Shown: positions 1 to 8,392 of the stretch, one piece after another
How the letters are laid out: every line of letters begins with the position of its first letter
Numbering within the stretch: the stretch's first letter is position 1
Source of the DNA: Dickeya solani IPO 2222
GTDB lineage: Bacteria; Pseudomonadota; Gammaproteobacteria; Enterobacterales; Enterobacteriaceae
NCBI RefSeq assembly: GCF_001644705.1
Contig: NZ_CP015137.1
Location: forward strand, 3,210,001-3,242,000
Length of the DNA stretch: 32,000 nt
Reading direction: 5' to 3'
The notes under the pieces: generated by a model
Seen by the model: only the letters and a program-made list of their open reading frames with translations
Database searches by the model: none
What the model was told of the DNA's origin: nothing
Made by a program: the position numbers and the translations under genes

Positions 1-57
1 GATGTAAGGAACTGAGTGGCGGAAGCCTTGAACCAGTTCTGTACTACGTTCCTTCAC
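1..57 (-). CDS. argA: N-acetylglutamate synthase, first 19 codons only (gene runs off the left edge)
   Basis: Absent from the ORF track because it is truncated. The minus strand from GTG at 57..55 reads [19 protein letters not shown], matching the E. coli ArgA N-terminus ([20 protein letters not shown], from memory). GAGGG lies 5 nt upstream. Divergent placement next to amiC is the E. coli arrangement. Confidence 0.75.
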   Translation of the reverse strand, partial: MKERSTELVQGFRHSVPYI

Positions 58-68
58 TGCGAGCCCTC

Positions 69-107
69 TTTGAATTTTTATTCGATATTTTCGTATTTTT
101 ATTCCTC
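69..107. promoter_or_regulatory. Two tandem ARG boxes (ArgR operator) in the argA control region
   Basis: Box 1 at 69..86 is ttTGAATttttATTCgat. Box 2 at 90..107 is ttCGTATttttATTCctc. They are separated by 3 bp, the classic arrangement. Compared with the consensus TNTGAATWWWWATTCANW, and located just upstream of the argA GTG. Confidence 0.6.
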
Positions 108-281
108 GTAAACCAAAAGGCAAGAGATAACTTTTCGGTCTGGCCCGATAGTTCAGAGAAGTCTGCTTATCACAGTAAAAAACATAAAAATGATTTTTGC
201 ATGACAGTCCGGTGCGTATTGGTTAAAGTTTTTGACGTTTTTATCAATCTGCCTGATTTCTTTAGTCATTACCGGAGTTGC

Positions 282-1520
282 ATGTCTGATCCGAAGCACC
301 ATCTGACCCGTCGTCATTTATTACAGGGCGCCGCCGCCACCTGGTTACTGAGTATCAGCGGCATCGGGCTGGCCGCCGCCTCGCAGGTGATTGCCGTGCG
401 GGTGTGGCCTTCTTCCGCCTATAGCCGTGTGACGCTGGAGTCCAGCCAGCCGCTCAGGTACCGCCAGTTCATGCTGGAAAATCCCGATCGTCTGGTAGTG
501 GATATTGAAAACGCCTCGTTGAACAGCGTGCTGAAAAATGCCGGCCAGCAATTCGAACGACCGGACCCTTTCATCAAAACGGCGCGTGCCGGGCAGTTCG
601 ACAAGAATACCGTGCGTCTGGTGCTGGAATTAAGGCAGAAGGTCAATCCCAAACTGTTTACGCTGGCGCCGGTCGCCGGCTTCCGAAACCGTCTGGTGAT
701 GGATTTGTATCCCGCCGCCGGCCGTTACGACGATGCTGATGACCCGCTACTGGCGTTGCTGGAGGATTACAATAAAGGCGATCTGGAGCGGACGCTGCCG
801 CCGGAAAGGCCCAAAGACGGCAAGGCAGGGCGCGAAAGGCCGCTGGTTATCATGCTTGACCCGGGGCACGGCGGTGAGGACCCTGGCGCCATCGGCAAAA
901 ACCGGACCCGCGAAAAAGACGTGGTGCTGCAAATTGCCCGGCGTCTGAAAGCGCTGATCGAACGTGAACACAACATGAAGGTTTACATGACCCGCAATGA
1001 GGATGTGTTCATTCCGCTCAAAGTGCGGGTGGCTAAAGCGCGCAAACAGCGCGCCGACCTGTTTGTTTCTATCCATGCCGATGCCTTCACCAACCGGGCC
1101 GCTCGCGGCTCCTCGGTGTTTGCCCTGTCAAAAAAAGGCGCGACCAGTTCAGCGGCGCGTTATTTGGCGCAAACCCAGAACGAATCGGATTTGATTGGCG
1201 GCGTCAGCCTGAGCGGCGATCGCTATCTGGACAGCACTATGTTTGACATGGTGCAAACCCTAACCATCAACGACAGCCTGAAGTTCGGCAAGGAAATTCT
1301 GCACCGGCTGGGAACGGTCAATCATCTGCACAAAAACAGTGTCGATCAGGCCGGTTTTGCGGTGCTGAAAGCGCCGGATATTCCGTCGGTGCTGGTGGAA
1401 ACGGCATTTATCAGCAATCTGGAAGAAGAGCGCAAGCTGCGTACCAGCCGCTTTCAGCAGCAGGTGGCGCAATCGATTCTGGAAGGTATCAAAGCCTATT
1501 TTGCGGCTCAGGTGAGGTAA
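282..1520 (+). CDS. amiC: N-acetylmuramoyl-L-alanine amidase AmiC (Tat-exported)
   Basis: Falls within ORF 201..1520. It is collinear with E. coli AmiC over its whole length. I place the start at ATG 282 ([16 protein letters not shown]), which gives a twin-arginine signal, with GGAG at 274..277. The upstream 27 codons of the ORF have no counterpart. Confidence 0.93.
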   Translation: MSDPKHHLTRRHLLQGAAATWLLSISGIGLAAASQVIAVRVWPSSAYSRVTLESSQPLRYRQFMLENPDRLVVDIENASLNSVLKNAGQQFERPDPFIKTARAGQFDKNTVRLVLELRQKVNPKLFTLAPVAGFRNRLVMDLYPAAGRYDDADDPLLALLEDYNKGDLERTLPPERPKDGKAGRERPLVIMLDPGHGGEDPGAIGKNRTREKDVVLQIARRLKALIEREHNMKVYMTRNEDVFIPLKVRVAKARKQRADLFVSIHADAFTNRAARGSSVFALSKKGATSSAARYLAQTQNESDLIGGVSLSGDRYLDSTMFDMVQTLTINDSLKFGKEILHRLGTVNHLHKNSVDQAGFAVLKAPDIPSVLVETAFISNLEEERKLRTSRFQQQVAQSILEGIKAYFAAQVR

Positions 1521-1590
1521 TCGCCGAAAGGCGCACTGTGCCGGAAAGAAATAGCTGAAGCTGGAAAGAAATACCTGAACTACAGGCATA

Positions 1591-1619
1591 AAAAAACACC
1601 CATCAGGGTGTCTATTTAT
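1591..1619 (-). terminator. Intrinsic terminator of the tRNA-fMet operon, possibly also serving amiC
   Basis: Hairpin ACACCC-atca-GGGTGT at 1596..1611. On the minus strand it is followed by TTTTTTT (A-run 1589..1595). On the plus strand it is followed by the T-rich ctatttatt. Confidence 0.7.
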
Positions 1620-1696
<77 letters not shown>

Positions 1697-1735
1697 TCCG
1701 TCTTCTTACTTCTTATATGATGCTGGTACATCAAT

Positions 1736-1812
<77 letters not shown>

Positions 1813-1825
1813 TCCGTGGATGCGC

Positions 1826-1853
1826 ACTATACTCCGCGTTCGTTTCGATGCAA
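1826..1853 (-). promoter_or_regulatory. Sigma-70 promoter of the tRNA-fMet operon
   Basis: The minus strand reads TTGCAT (1853..1848), a 16-bp spacer, then TATAGT (1831..1826). A GC-rich discriminator gcgcatcc follows, typical of stringently controlled stable-RNA promoters. An A/T-rich stretch lies upstream. The mature 5' end is 13 nt downstream of the -10. Confidence 0.65.
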
Positions 1854-2022
1854 CCCCTTTTTGCAAATAGTTTACGCTTTTGCAGACAGGTGGTGGAATT
1901 ATCGGCATGGCGTTGGTTTTTTAAACTGACGTGTGCCGTTTTGATGCGATGCGTTTTATTCTCTCCGCCTGTTTGTTATCGTTCTGCGTGGTTTCACACT
2001 CATGTAAGAAGAGAGCACGGAA

Positions 2023-3165
2023 ATGAAAGGATGGTGGGGGAAGTACGTGTTGACCGGGGTCGTCATCGCCATACTGGCCGGTTGTCAGACCCGGCCCAGC
2101 GATCGTGGTCAGCAATATAAAGATGGCCGTCTCGATCAGCCACTGGAATGGGTAAACGCGCCGAGCGCCAATGGCAAACCCGTCAATGTGGTCGATTTTT
2201 CCCAGCAGATCAGCCAGATTCAGGCCTCCTCTCCCGGACTCTATTCCCGTAACAGCGATGTTTTTCAGGCCATTCATAACTGGACTCAGGCCGGCGGCGA
2301 TACCCGCCAACTAACGCAATTCGGCCTCAGCGCCTGGCAGATGGAAGGCGTCGACAGCTTTGGCAACGTACAGTTTACTGGTTACTACACCCCGGTGGTG
2401 CAGGCGCGCCGCTACCGTCAGGGCGAGTTCCGTTTCCCATTGTACGCAATGCCTCGCGTACGCAAGAACGGCCGTCTGCCGGAGCGCGCCGCCATTTATT
2501 CCGGCGCGCTGAGCAATGAACTGGCCATCGCCTGGACCAACTCCCTGATGGACAACTTCATGATGGAAGTACAGGGCAGCGGTTACGTGGATTTTGGCGA
2601 TGGCAGCCCACTGACCTTTTTTGGTTATGCCGGCAAAAACGGTCATGCTTACCGCAGTATCGGCAAGGTGTTGATCGACCGTGGCGAGGTGCCGAAAGAA
2701 GAGATGTCGATGCAGGCCATTCGGCAGTGGGCTGACCGGCATAACGAAGCGGAAGTACGGGAATTATTGGTGCAGAATCCCTCTTTCGTGTTCTTTAAAT
2801 CGATGGCGTCGATGCCGGTGAAAGGCGCCAGCGCGGTGCCGCTGGTGGCTAAAGCGTCCGTGGCGTCCGATCGTTCGTTGATCCCGGCCGGCACCACGCT
2901 GCTGGCGGAAGTGCCGCTGCTGGATAATCAGGGCAAATTTACCGGCAAATATGAGATGCGCTTAATGGTCGCGCTGGATGTCGGCGGTGCGATCAAAGGA
3001 CAGCATTTCGATATCTATCAGGGGATTGGCTCAGAGGCCGGGCATGCGGCCGGGTTCTACAATCATTATGGCCGGGTGTGGGTATTGAAGAATGCGCAGT
3101 CTGCCTCTGCTATGCCGCTGCTTAGCGCAGGCAACAGCGGCGGGCTGATCGGTCATCCCAACTAA
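2023..3165 (+). CDS. mltA: Membrane-bound lytic murein transglycosylase A (lipoprotein)
   Basis: Full-length collinearity with E. coli MltA. Lipobox ILAGC lies near the N-terminus. The C-terminus is about a dozen residues longer than the E. coli protein as I remember it. Confidence 0.95.
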   Translation: MKGWWGKYVLTGVVIAILAGCQTRPSDRGQQYKDGRLDQPLEWVNAPSANGKPVNVVDFSQQISQIQASSPGLYSRNSDVFQAIHNWTQAGGDTRQLTQFGLSAWQMEGVDSFGNVQFTGYYTPVVQARRYRQGEFRFPLYAMPRVRKNGRLPERAAIYSGALSNELAIAWTNSLMDNFMMEVQGSGYVDFGDGSPLTFFGYAGKNGHAYRSIGKVLIDRGEVPKEEMSMQAIRQWADRHNEAEVRELLVQNPSFVFFKSMASMPVKGASAVPLVAKASVASDRSLIPAGTTLLAEVPLLDNQGKFTGKYEMRLMVALDVGGAIKGQHFDIYQGIGSEAGHAAGFYNHYGRVWVLKNAQSASAMPLLSAGNSGGLIGHPN

Positions 3166-3168
3166 TGA

Positions 3169-3246
3169 CTACCGTCCCGTCGTAGTCATGCTGGCTACGG
3201 CGGCGGCATCGCGTGCTTCGGTACGCCTGATAATGATATCGCTCAT
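3169..3246 (-). pseudogene. 25-codon remnant resembling the N-terminus of a GNAT acetyltransferase
   Basis: GAGGAAAAA-ATG at 3246, then MSDIIIRRTEARDAAAVASMTTTGR and a stop at 3169. The I-R-x(5)-D-x-A-A-V-A pattern is the usual beta1/alpha1 start of GNAT enzymes (compare YncA/MnaT-type MSIRFARKADCAAIAEIYN). The ORF ends 3 nt from the mltA stop. Too short to appear in the ORF track. Confidence 0.3.
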
Positions 3247-3299
3247 TTTTTCCTCATGATGAGAACCGGAATAACCGCATATCGCTTGCCGAGATACCG

Positions 3300-3779
3300 T
3301 CAGCCGATAAATTTGACCATCGGGATGCAGGCCAGTGAAAAGCCCCGTGGGGAGTGGTAGAGGCTGACTTCATCGCCTGAAAATCCCAGCGAGCGGTAAA
3401 ACGGTGCGGCGTTCAGGCTGGCGTCGAGCCGAATTTCCGCCAGACCTGCCGAGCGGGCCAGCGTTTCCAGATGTTGCATCATCCGTTTGCCCACCCCTTG
3501 CCCCATCGCCTCTGGGTCGACAAACACCGCGTCGATCATGCCGGTGTGAAAATTGATCATTCCCGTTGCTACGATCTGGCCGGCTCTCTCGGCCAGGTGG
3601 AAATGGTGGGTGACGGTATTCTCGAAAGCTTCACTGAGGGTGCCGCTGGTCCAGAGCTGCAGTTGTTCCGCCGCATAGTCATGGCGGCAGCCGTGCAGGA
3701 TTGCGCGGTTACGGAGATCAAATGCCGTCTGCGCATCAATCCTACGGGCTTTACGCAGCGTGATCGCAGGAGGTTGCAT
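3300..3779 (-). CDS. GNAT-family N-acetyltransferase, substrate unknown
   Basis: Falls within ORF 3300..3782. The track's first codon is TTG, and I prefer ATG at 3779, which overlaps the upstream TGA as TGATG, with GGAG 7 nt upstream. AcCoA-binding loop reads VDPEAMGQGVGKRMM. C-terminal NAAPFYRSLGF is typical of the fold. Confidence 0.85.
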   Translation of the reverse strand: MQPPAITLRKARRIDAQTAFDLRNRAILHGCRHDYAAEQLQLWTSGTLSEAFENTVTHHFHLAERAGQIVATGMINFHTGMIDAVFVDPEAMGQGVGKRMMQHLETLARSAGLAEIRLDASLNAAPFYRSLGFSGDEVSLYHSPRGFSLACIPMVKFIG

Positions 3780-4792
3780 CAATCGGCTCCTGCTGCGTTG
3801 TCGTGGCGGCGGGGGGCGAGAAGCGCCGCGCTATTGACCAGATTGGTCGGGTGCCCGGCGGCAAATGCCGTCACGTTTTCAAACGCGGTTTTAAAATAAA
3901 GCTCGTAGCTGTTGCGCTCGACATAGCCGATATGCGGCGTTGCCAGCACATTAGGTAGCGTCAATAGCGGTTCGTTTTCCGGCGTCGCGGGTTCGTTGTC
4001 GAAGACATCCAGCGCGGCCTGTTTGCCGGGATGGGTGGACAGCTCGCGCCATAGCGCGCCCGGCTCTACCAGTTCGGCGCGGCTGATGTTGACGAACAAC
4101 GCATCCGGTTTCATCAGCGCCAGGTCTGGCTGGGTTACGCTATGGCGGGTGGCGTCGTTCAGGCGCAAATGCAGCGACAGCACGTCCGAATTGGCAAAAA
4201 ACACGGCCTTGCTGTCGGCGGCGGTAAAGCCGTGCTGGCGTGCCCGTTCACGCGATGTCTCGCTTCCCCACACTAGCACCGTCATGCCGAATGCCGCGCC
4301 ATAGTGGGCGATACGCTGCCCTATTTTGCCGTATCCCCAGATGCCGAGCGTCAGTCCATGCAGCGTTCTTCCCAATCCCAACGTGCCGTTCTGCTGCCAG
4401 TGGCCCTGCGTTAACTGGGCGTTGTAGCGGGGCAGATGGCGGGATGCCGCCATAATCAAACTCCAGCACAATTCGGCGGGAGCTACCGGCGAGCCGGTAC
4501 CTTCGGCCACCGCGACGCCATGCCGGGTACAGGCGTCAATACTGAGGTGCTGGCTCACTTTGCCGGTCTGGCTGATGAGCTTCAGGTTCGGCAGTTGAGC
4601 CAGCAATTCATCAGTAATACGGGTGCGTTCACGAATCAGCACCAGCGCTTCAGCATCTTGCAACTGCGCCGCCAGTTGGGCGGCATCGGTATAGGTCTGA
4701 TTCAGAACCTGTACCTGATGACCTTTCAGCAGCGAAAAGCAGTTCAGTTGTCTGACGGTGTCCTGATAGTCATCCAATATGGCGATGTTCAT
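3779..4792 (-). CDS. NAD-dependent D-isomer-specific 2-hydroxyacid dehydrogenase family protein
   Basis: Falls within ORF 3779..4801. Rossmann motif GIWGYGKIG. Family catalytic residues appear in order: R (NISRAELV), E (VFDNEP), H (ATPHIGY). I prefer the start at ATG 4792 (MNIAILDDY), which has AGGA 8 nt upstream. ATG 4801 is the alternative. Confidence 0.85.
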   Translation of the reverse strand: MNIAILDDYQDTVRQLNCFSLLKGHQVQVLNQTYTDAAQLAAQLQDAEALVLIRERTRITDELLAQLPNLKLISQTGKVSQHLSIDACTRHGVAVAEGTGSPVAPAELCWSLIMAASRHLPRYNAQLTQGHWQQNGTLGLGRTLHGLTLGIWGYGKIGQRIAHYGAAFGMTVLVWGSETSRERARQHGFTAADSKAVFFANSDVLSLHLRLNDATRHSVTQPDLALMKPDALFVNISRAELVEPGALWRELSTHPGKQAALDVFDNEPATPENEPLLTLPNVLATPHIGYVERNSYELYFKTAFENVTAFAAGHPTNLVNSAALLAPRRHDNAAGAD

Positions 4793-4814
4793 GCCAGGCA
4801 TCCTTACTCGTGTT

Positions 4815-5261
4815 TTATTGTGCGTTGGGGAGGCAGGTCATGATGAATTCCCGCTCGGTCTGGTCGGTAACCCGAAATCCCAGCTGGTGGTACAGATGAC
4901 GCGCCGGATTATTTTTTAGCACGCTCAACACCACCGGTTGACCCTGAGCTGATGCCTGCGCGAGCAATGTCTCAATCAGTTGCTTACCGATGCCGCGATT
5001 CTGAAAATCCGGATGGATTTGAATCTGAATCAGATACCAGTGCTGTTCCTGCGGCATGAAGCGATATTTAAACAACCCGGCGGGTTGTCCCTCCACCCAT
5101 ACGATATGGGCGTGTTCAAACTCGTAGCGAATACGCCGCAGCAGGCTATCGCGATCGGTCGATGCGCCGATGTCCACCAGATATTTCCCCATGGTCAGTT
5201 TGCGCAGTTGCAGCAGGAAATCGATATCGAGTTCGGTGGCGGGGATCAGTTCAGGATGCAT
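4815..5261 (-). CDS. GNAT-family N-acetyltransferase, second distinct paralogue, substrate unknown
   Basis: 148-aa ORF with the Q-x-x-G-x-G motif in IHPDFQNRGIGKQLI and NPARHLYHQLGF. GGAGGA lies 5 nt before ATG 5261. Its stop is 13-22 nt before the dehydrogenase start, consistent with an operon. Confidence 0.85.
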   Translation of the reverse strand: MHPELIPATELDIDFLLQLRKLTMGKYLVDIGASTDRDSLLRRIRYEFEHAHIVWVEGQPAGLFKYRFMPQEQHWYLIQIQIHPDFQNRGIGKQLIETLLAQASAQGQPVVLSVLKNNPARHLYHQLGFRVTDQTEREFIMTCLPNAQ

Positions 5262-5479
5262 GGTTTCCTCCGGCGGGACACCGCCTAATAAGCGTCATCA
5301 GTTAAAGTGCCACAGCTCCACTGAAGTCGTCACCTGTCAAAGTGGTAAATAATCAAGGCAGAGTACAAGCTCCACCCACGGAGAACACCGGCGTGTGGGA
5401 TTGATTGCCGTTATCCACTGCGCAAACGGTCCTGACTGGGGTATCATCGCTGCCGTTTGTGATTGAGCGAAGGTGGGCA

Positions 5480-6313
5480 ATGAGTACGCAATTATCCGAA
5501 AGTTATCTGCAGCGTTTTGGCGGTACGGCACGTTTGTACGGCCAGCGGGCGTTGTCGCTGTTTGCCGGCGCGCATGTGTGCGTGATCGGTATTGGCGGGG
5601 TCGGGTCCTGGGCGGCAGAAGCGTTGGCGCGCACCGGTATCGGCGCGATTACCCTGATTGACATGGATGATGTGTGCGTCAGCAACACCAACCGGCAGAT
5701 TCACGCCCTGCGCCAGCACACCGGGCAGTTGAAAACCGAGGTGATGAAGGAACGAATTCTGGCGATCAATCCGGAATGCCGGGTGACCTGTGTCGATGAT
5801 TTCATCAGCGCCGATAATGTGGCGGAACTGCTGGACAACAATTTCAGCTATGTGATTGATGCTATCGATAGCGTGCGCCCCAAAGCGGCATTGCTTGCCT
5901 GGTGCCGCCGCTACAAAATTCCGGTGGTGACCACCGGCGGCGCGGGAGGGCAAATCGACCCGACCCGTATTGAAGTCGCCGATCTGGCGAAGACCATTCA
6001 GGACCCGCTGGCGGCTAAGTTACGCGAGCGGTTAAAGCACGATTTTAATATCGTTAAAAACAGCAAAGGCAAGCTGGGCATTGACTGCGTGTTTTCCAGC
6101 GAGCCGCTGATGTACCCGCAACCGGATGGTTCGGTTTGCGCATCGCGCAGCACCGCTGACGGTGTGAAGCGGATGGATTGCGCCTCGGGGTTTGGCGCCG
6201 CGACCATGGTGACCGCCACCTTTGGCTTTGTGGCGGTCTCCCATGCGTTGAAAAAAATGATGGCGCGCGATGCCCGACAGGCGCAGGTTGCCGCGTTGAA
6301 TCAGGATTCGTGA
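5480..6313 (+). CDS. tcdA: tRNA threonylcarbamoyladenosine dehydratase (ct6A37 synthesis), E1/ThiF-like
   Basis: Falls within ORF 5405..6313. Homology to E. coli TcdA/CsdL begins at ATG 5480 (MSTQLSESYLQRFGGTARLYG). Nucleotide-binding motif GIGGVGS is present. The 25 upstream codons have no counterpart. Confidence 0.93.
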   Translation: MSTQLSESYLQRFGGTARLYGQRALSLFAGAHVCVIGIGGVGSWAAEALARTGIGAITLIDMDDVCVSNTNRQIHALRQHTGQLKTEVMKERILAINPECRVTCVDDFISADNVAELLDNNFSYVIDAIDSVRPKAALLAWCRRYKIPVVTTGGAGGQIDPTRIEVADLAKTIQDPLAAKLRERLKHDFNIVKNSKGKLGIDCVFSSEPLMYPQPDGSVCASRSTADGVKRMDCASGFGAATMVTATFGFVAVSHALKKMMARDARQAQVAALNQDS

Positions 6314-6744
6314 CGGGCGATGTCGAGGATGCGACTGGCCAGCGCGGCCAGCCCGCCGGCGCGTGACGCGCTGAGTTCGGCGCGCAGCCCCAGCCGGTCG
6401 AATAGCGCCAGCGGATCGACCTGCCGCAGTGTCTCCGCGGTTTTGCCCTCTACCGTCGTCAATACAATAGCCAGCAGCCCGCGCACGATGCGGCCATCGC
6501 TGTCGCCGTAAAAATGCAGGGTGCCGTCCGCCTGACGTTGATATCCCAGCCAGACGCGGTTTTCGCAACCGGACAGTTCGATGTGTTCCTGACGCAGTGT
6601 GTCCGGCAGCGACGGCAGGGATTTGCTCAGCAGGATCAACTGACGATAGCGTTCTTCCCAGGAACGACAGGCGTCAAAACGCGCCGTCAGTGCCGCTTCA
6701 TCAATGTCAGTGCCAAACGGGTGGCGTGTAGCGTCGGTCGTCAT
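6301..6744 (-). CDS. csdE: Sulfur acceptor protein CsdE
   Basis: Collinear with E. coli CsdE and contains GCENRVWLG with the acceptor cysteine. The track start at 6747 is TTG, immediately after the csdA TAA. ATG at 6744 gives 147 aa, as in E. coli. Confidence 0.9.
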   Translation of the reverse strand: MTTDATRHPFGTDIDEAALTARFDACRSWEERYRQLILLSKSLPSLPDTLRQEHIELSGCENRVWLGYQRQADGTLHFYGDSDGRIVRGLLAIVLTTVEGKTAETLRQVDPLALFDRLGLRAELSASRAGGLAALASRILDIARHES

Positions 6745-6747
6745 CAA

Positions 6748-7953
6748 TTAATCCATCAGTAATTCAAGGGCTTTTTGGGTAGCCTGGACCAGATGGTCTA
6801 CGTCCTGCGGCTGGTTATAAGGCGCAAATGAGGCCCGTAGCGTGCCGGGCACACCCAGCGCGGCCATCAGCGGCTGGGCGCAATGGTGACCGGCTCGCAG
6901 GGCGATGCCGTCCTCCGCCAGCAAAGTCACCAGATCGTGGTGGTGCACACCGTCGATAGTGAATGACAGCAGGCTGGAGCCAGGAGCGCGGAAGCTGCGA
7001 AAACCGGGTAACACGCTCAATTGCTGCTCCGCATCGTTCGCCAGAGCGACGCTATGCCGATCCGCCGTCGGGCGGTCTTGTTGCTGCCACCAGTCAATCG
7101 CGGCAGCGAGGCCGATCACCCCGGCAATGTGCGGCGTACCGGCTTCGAAACGCTGGGGAATAGCCTGGGGCGTAAAACCGTCGAACGAAACCGCCGTCAT
7201 CATTTTTCCGCCGCCTTGCCAGGGTGGCATGGTTTCCAGCAGGGCCGGCTTGCCGTACAGCACGCCAATACCGGTGGGGCCATACAGTTTGTGGCCGGAG
7301 AATGCATAAAAGTCGATATCCAGTGCCGTCACGTCGGTCGCCGTGTGCGCAATGCCTTGCGCGCCATCGACCATCACCACTGCACCGGCCTGATGCGCCA
7401 GCGTAATCGCCCGTTTCAGGTCCGGCATGCCGCCCGTCACATTCGACATCTGCCCGATAGCCAGCAGGCGGGTCCGGGCGTTGATCAGCGAGGGCAGCAG
7501 GTGAAGATCGGGCAGATGATCCGCGCCCAGCGGCAGCTTCACCACCCGCGCCCCCGTTTGCTGCGCCACCATCAGCCACGGGAGCAGATTGGCATGGTGC
7601 TCGGCTTCGCTGACCAGGATCTCATCGCCGGGTTGCAACCGCGGGCGGGCATAACATTGCGCCACCAGATTGATCGCTTCCGTCGTGCCTTTGGTCCAGA
7701 CGATACCGCGCGCCTGCGCTGCGCCAATGAAACCCGCTACTGTCACGCGCGCCTGCTCGAACGCTTCCGATAACTGTCGGGCGGCGCGGTGCTGACTGCG
7801 ATGAACCGTACCCGTTTCACTGGCGTAGTAGTGCTGAACCGCGGTGATAACCGCTTCGGGCTTCAGCGACGTGGCGGCGTTGTCAAGATAGACGCCGGGC
7901 TGTCGAAGCGCGGGAAATTGCTGGCGAAAATACGGGGCGTTAAACGGTTTCAT
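6748..7953 (-). CDS. csdA: Cysteine desulfurase / cysteine sulfinate desulfinase CsdA
   Basis: 401 aa and collinear with E. coli CsdA. PLP-lysine context is FSGHKLYGPTG. Active-site cysteine context is GHHCAQP. Confidence 0.95.
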   Translation of the reverse strand: MKPFNAPYFRQQFPALRQPGVYLDNAATSLKPEAVITAVQHYYASETGTVHRSQHRAARQLSEAFEQARVTVAGFIGAAQARGIVWTKGTTEAINLVAQCYARPRLQPGDEILVSEAEHHANLLPWLMVAQQTGARVVKLPLGADHLPDLHLLPSLINARTRLLAIGQMSNVTGGMPDLKRAITLAHQAGAVVMVDGAQGIAHTATDVTALDIDFYAFSGHKLYGPTGIGVLYGKPALLETMPPWQGGGKMMTAVSFDGFTPQAIPQRFEAGTPHIAGVIGLAAAIDWWQQQDRPTADRHSVALANDAEQQLSVLPGFRSFRAPGSSLLSFTIDGVHHHDLVTLLAEDGIALRAGHHCAQPLMAALGVPGTLRASFAPYNQPQDVDHLVQATQKALELLMD

Positions 7954-8070
7954 GTCGATCCTCTGTTGAACGACAGATCCTGTCCCATTTTTGTGGATGA
8001 AACAAGTTTAGGACGCTCCTGGATGACGGAAGCGAAGTGATTGATATTTTATGGTCAATACAATAGGGGC

Positions 8071-8267
8071 AAAAAAAAGCACCGCAAAACGCGGTGCTAT
8101 GCAAAAATCACTTAGACAGACAGGGTAAATGTACAGGAAATGAAAAGGTAGCAGCGCTACCACGTCTGAAATGCAGACAATAAACAAATAGCAAACACAA
8201 CATCACAACCACAAGCCAAAAGCACCTCAGTCAACCTGCTGCACTTTTCGTTCCGGCTCAGGGAAGT
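8071..8267 (-). ncRNA. gcvB: GcvB small regulatory RNA
   Basis: The minus strand starts ACTTCCCTGAGCCGGAACGAAAAG. It contains the GU-rich R1 seed GGTTGTGATGTTGTGTTTG and the conserved block CCTGTACATTTACCCTGTCTGTC. It ends in the terminator AGCACCGCgtttGCGGTGCT plus T8. All of these match E. coli gcvB as recalled. It is divergent from gcvA, as in E. coli. Confidence 0.9.
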
Positions 8268-8392
8268 GGCGCTACTATAGGTATTTGCTGGTGCATCCTC
8301 AACGGACAATTTATAATGCATCGGATTAAAAAAACTAATGGCAAATCGCGGTAGCGCTTACCGGGGTGAGCCGCATACGAAGAATCCGATTT
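8268..8392. promoter_or_regulatory. Divergent gcvB / gcvA control region
   Basis: gcvB promoter on the minus strand: TTGAGG (8302..8297), 17 bp, TATAGT (8279..8274), ending 6 nt before the RNA 5' end. On the plus strand, TATAAT at 8312..8317 lies about 76 nt upstream of the gcvA ATG. A CTAAT motif of the kind bound by GcvA sits at 8335..8339. Confidence 0.55.

Noticed and set aside
201-281. N-terminal extensions offered by the ORF track: amiC from 201, tcdA from 5405, gcvA from 8366, syd from 13354, yqcC from 14555, truC from 14938, and TTG starts for csdE at 6747 and the GNAT at 3782
   Set aside because: Homology to the E. coli proteins begins at the internal ATGs I report. Those ATGs have better Shine-Dalgarno spacing, and for amiC the shorter form gives a proper Tat signal.
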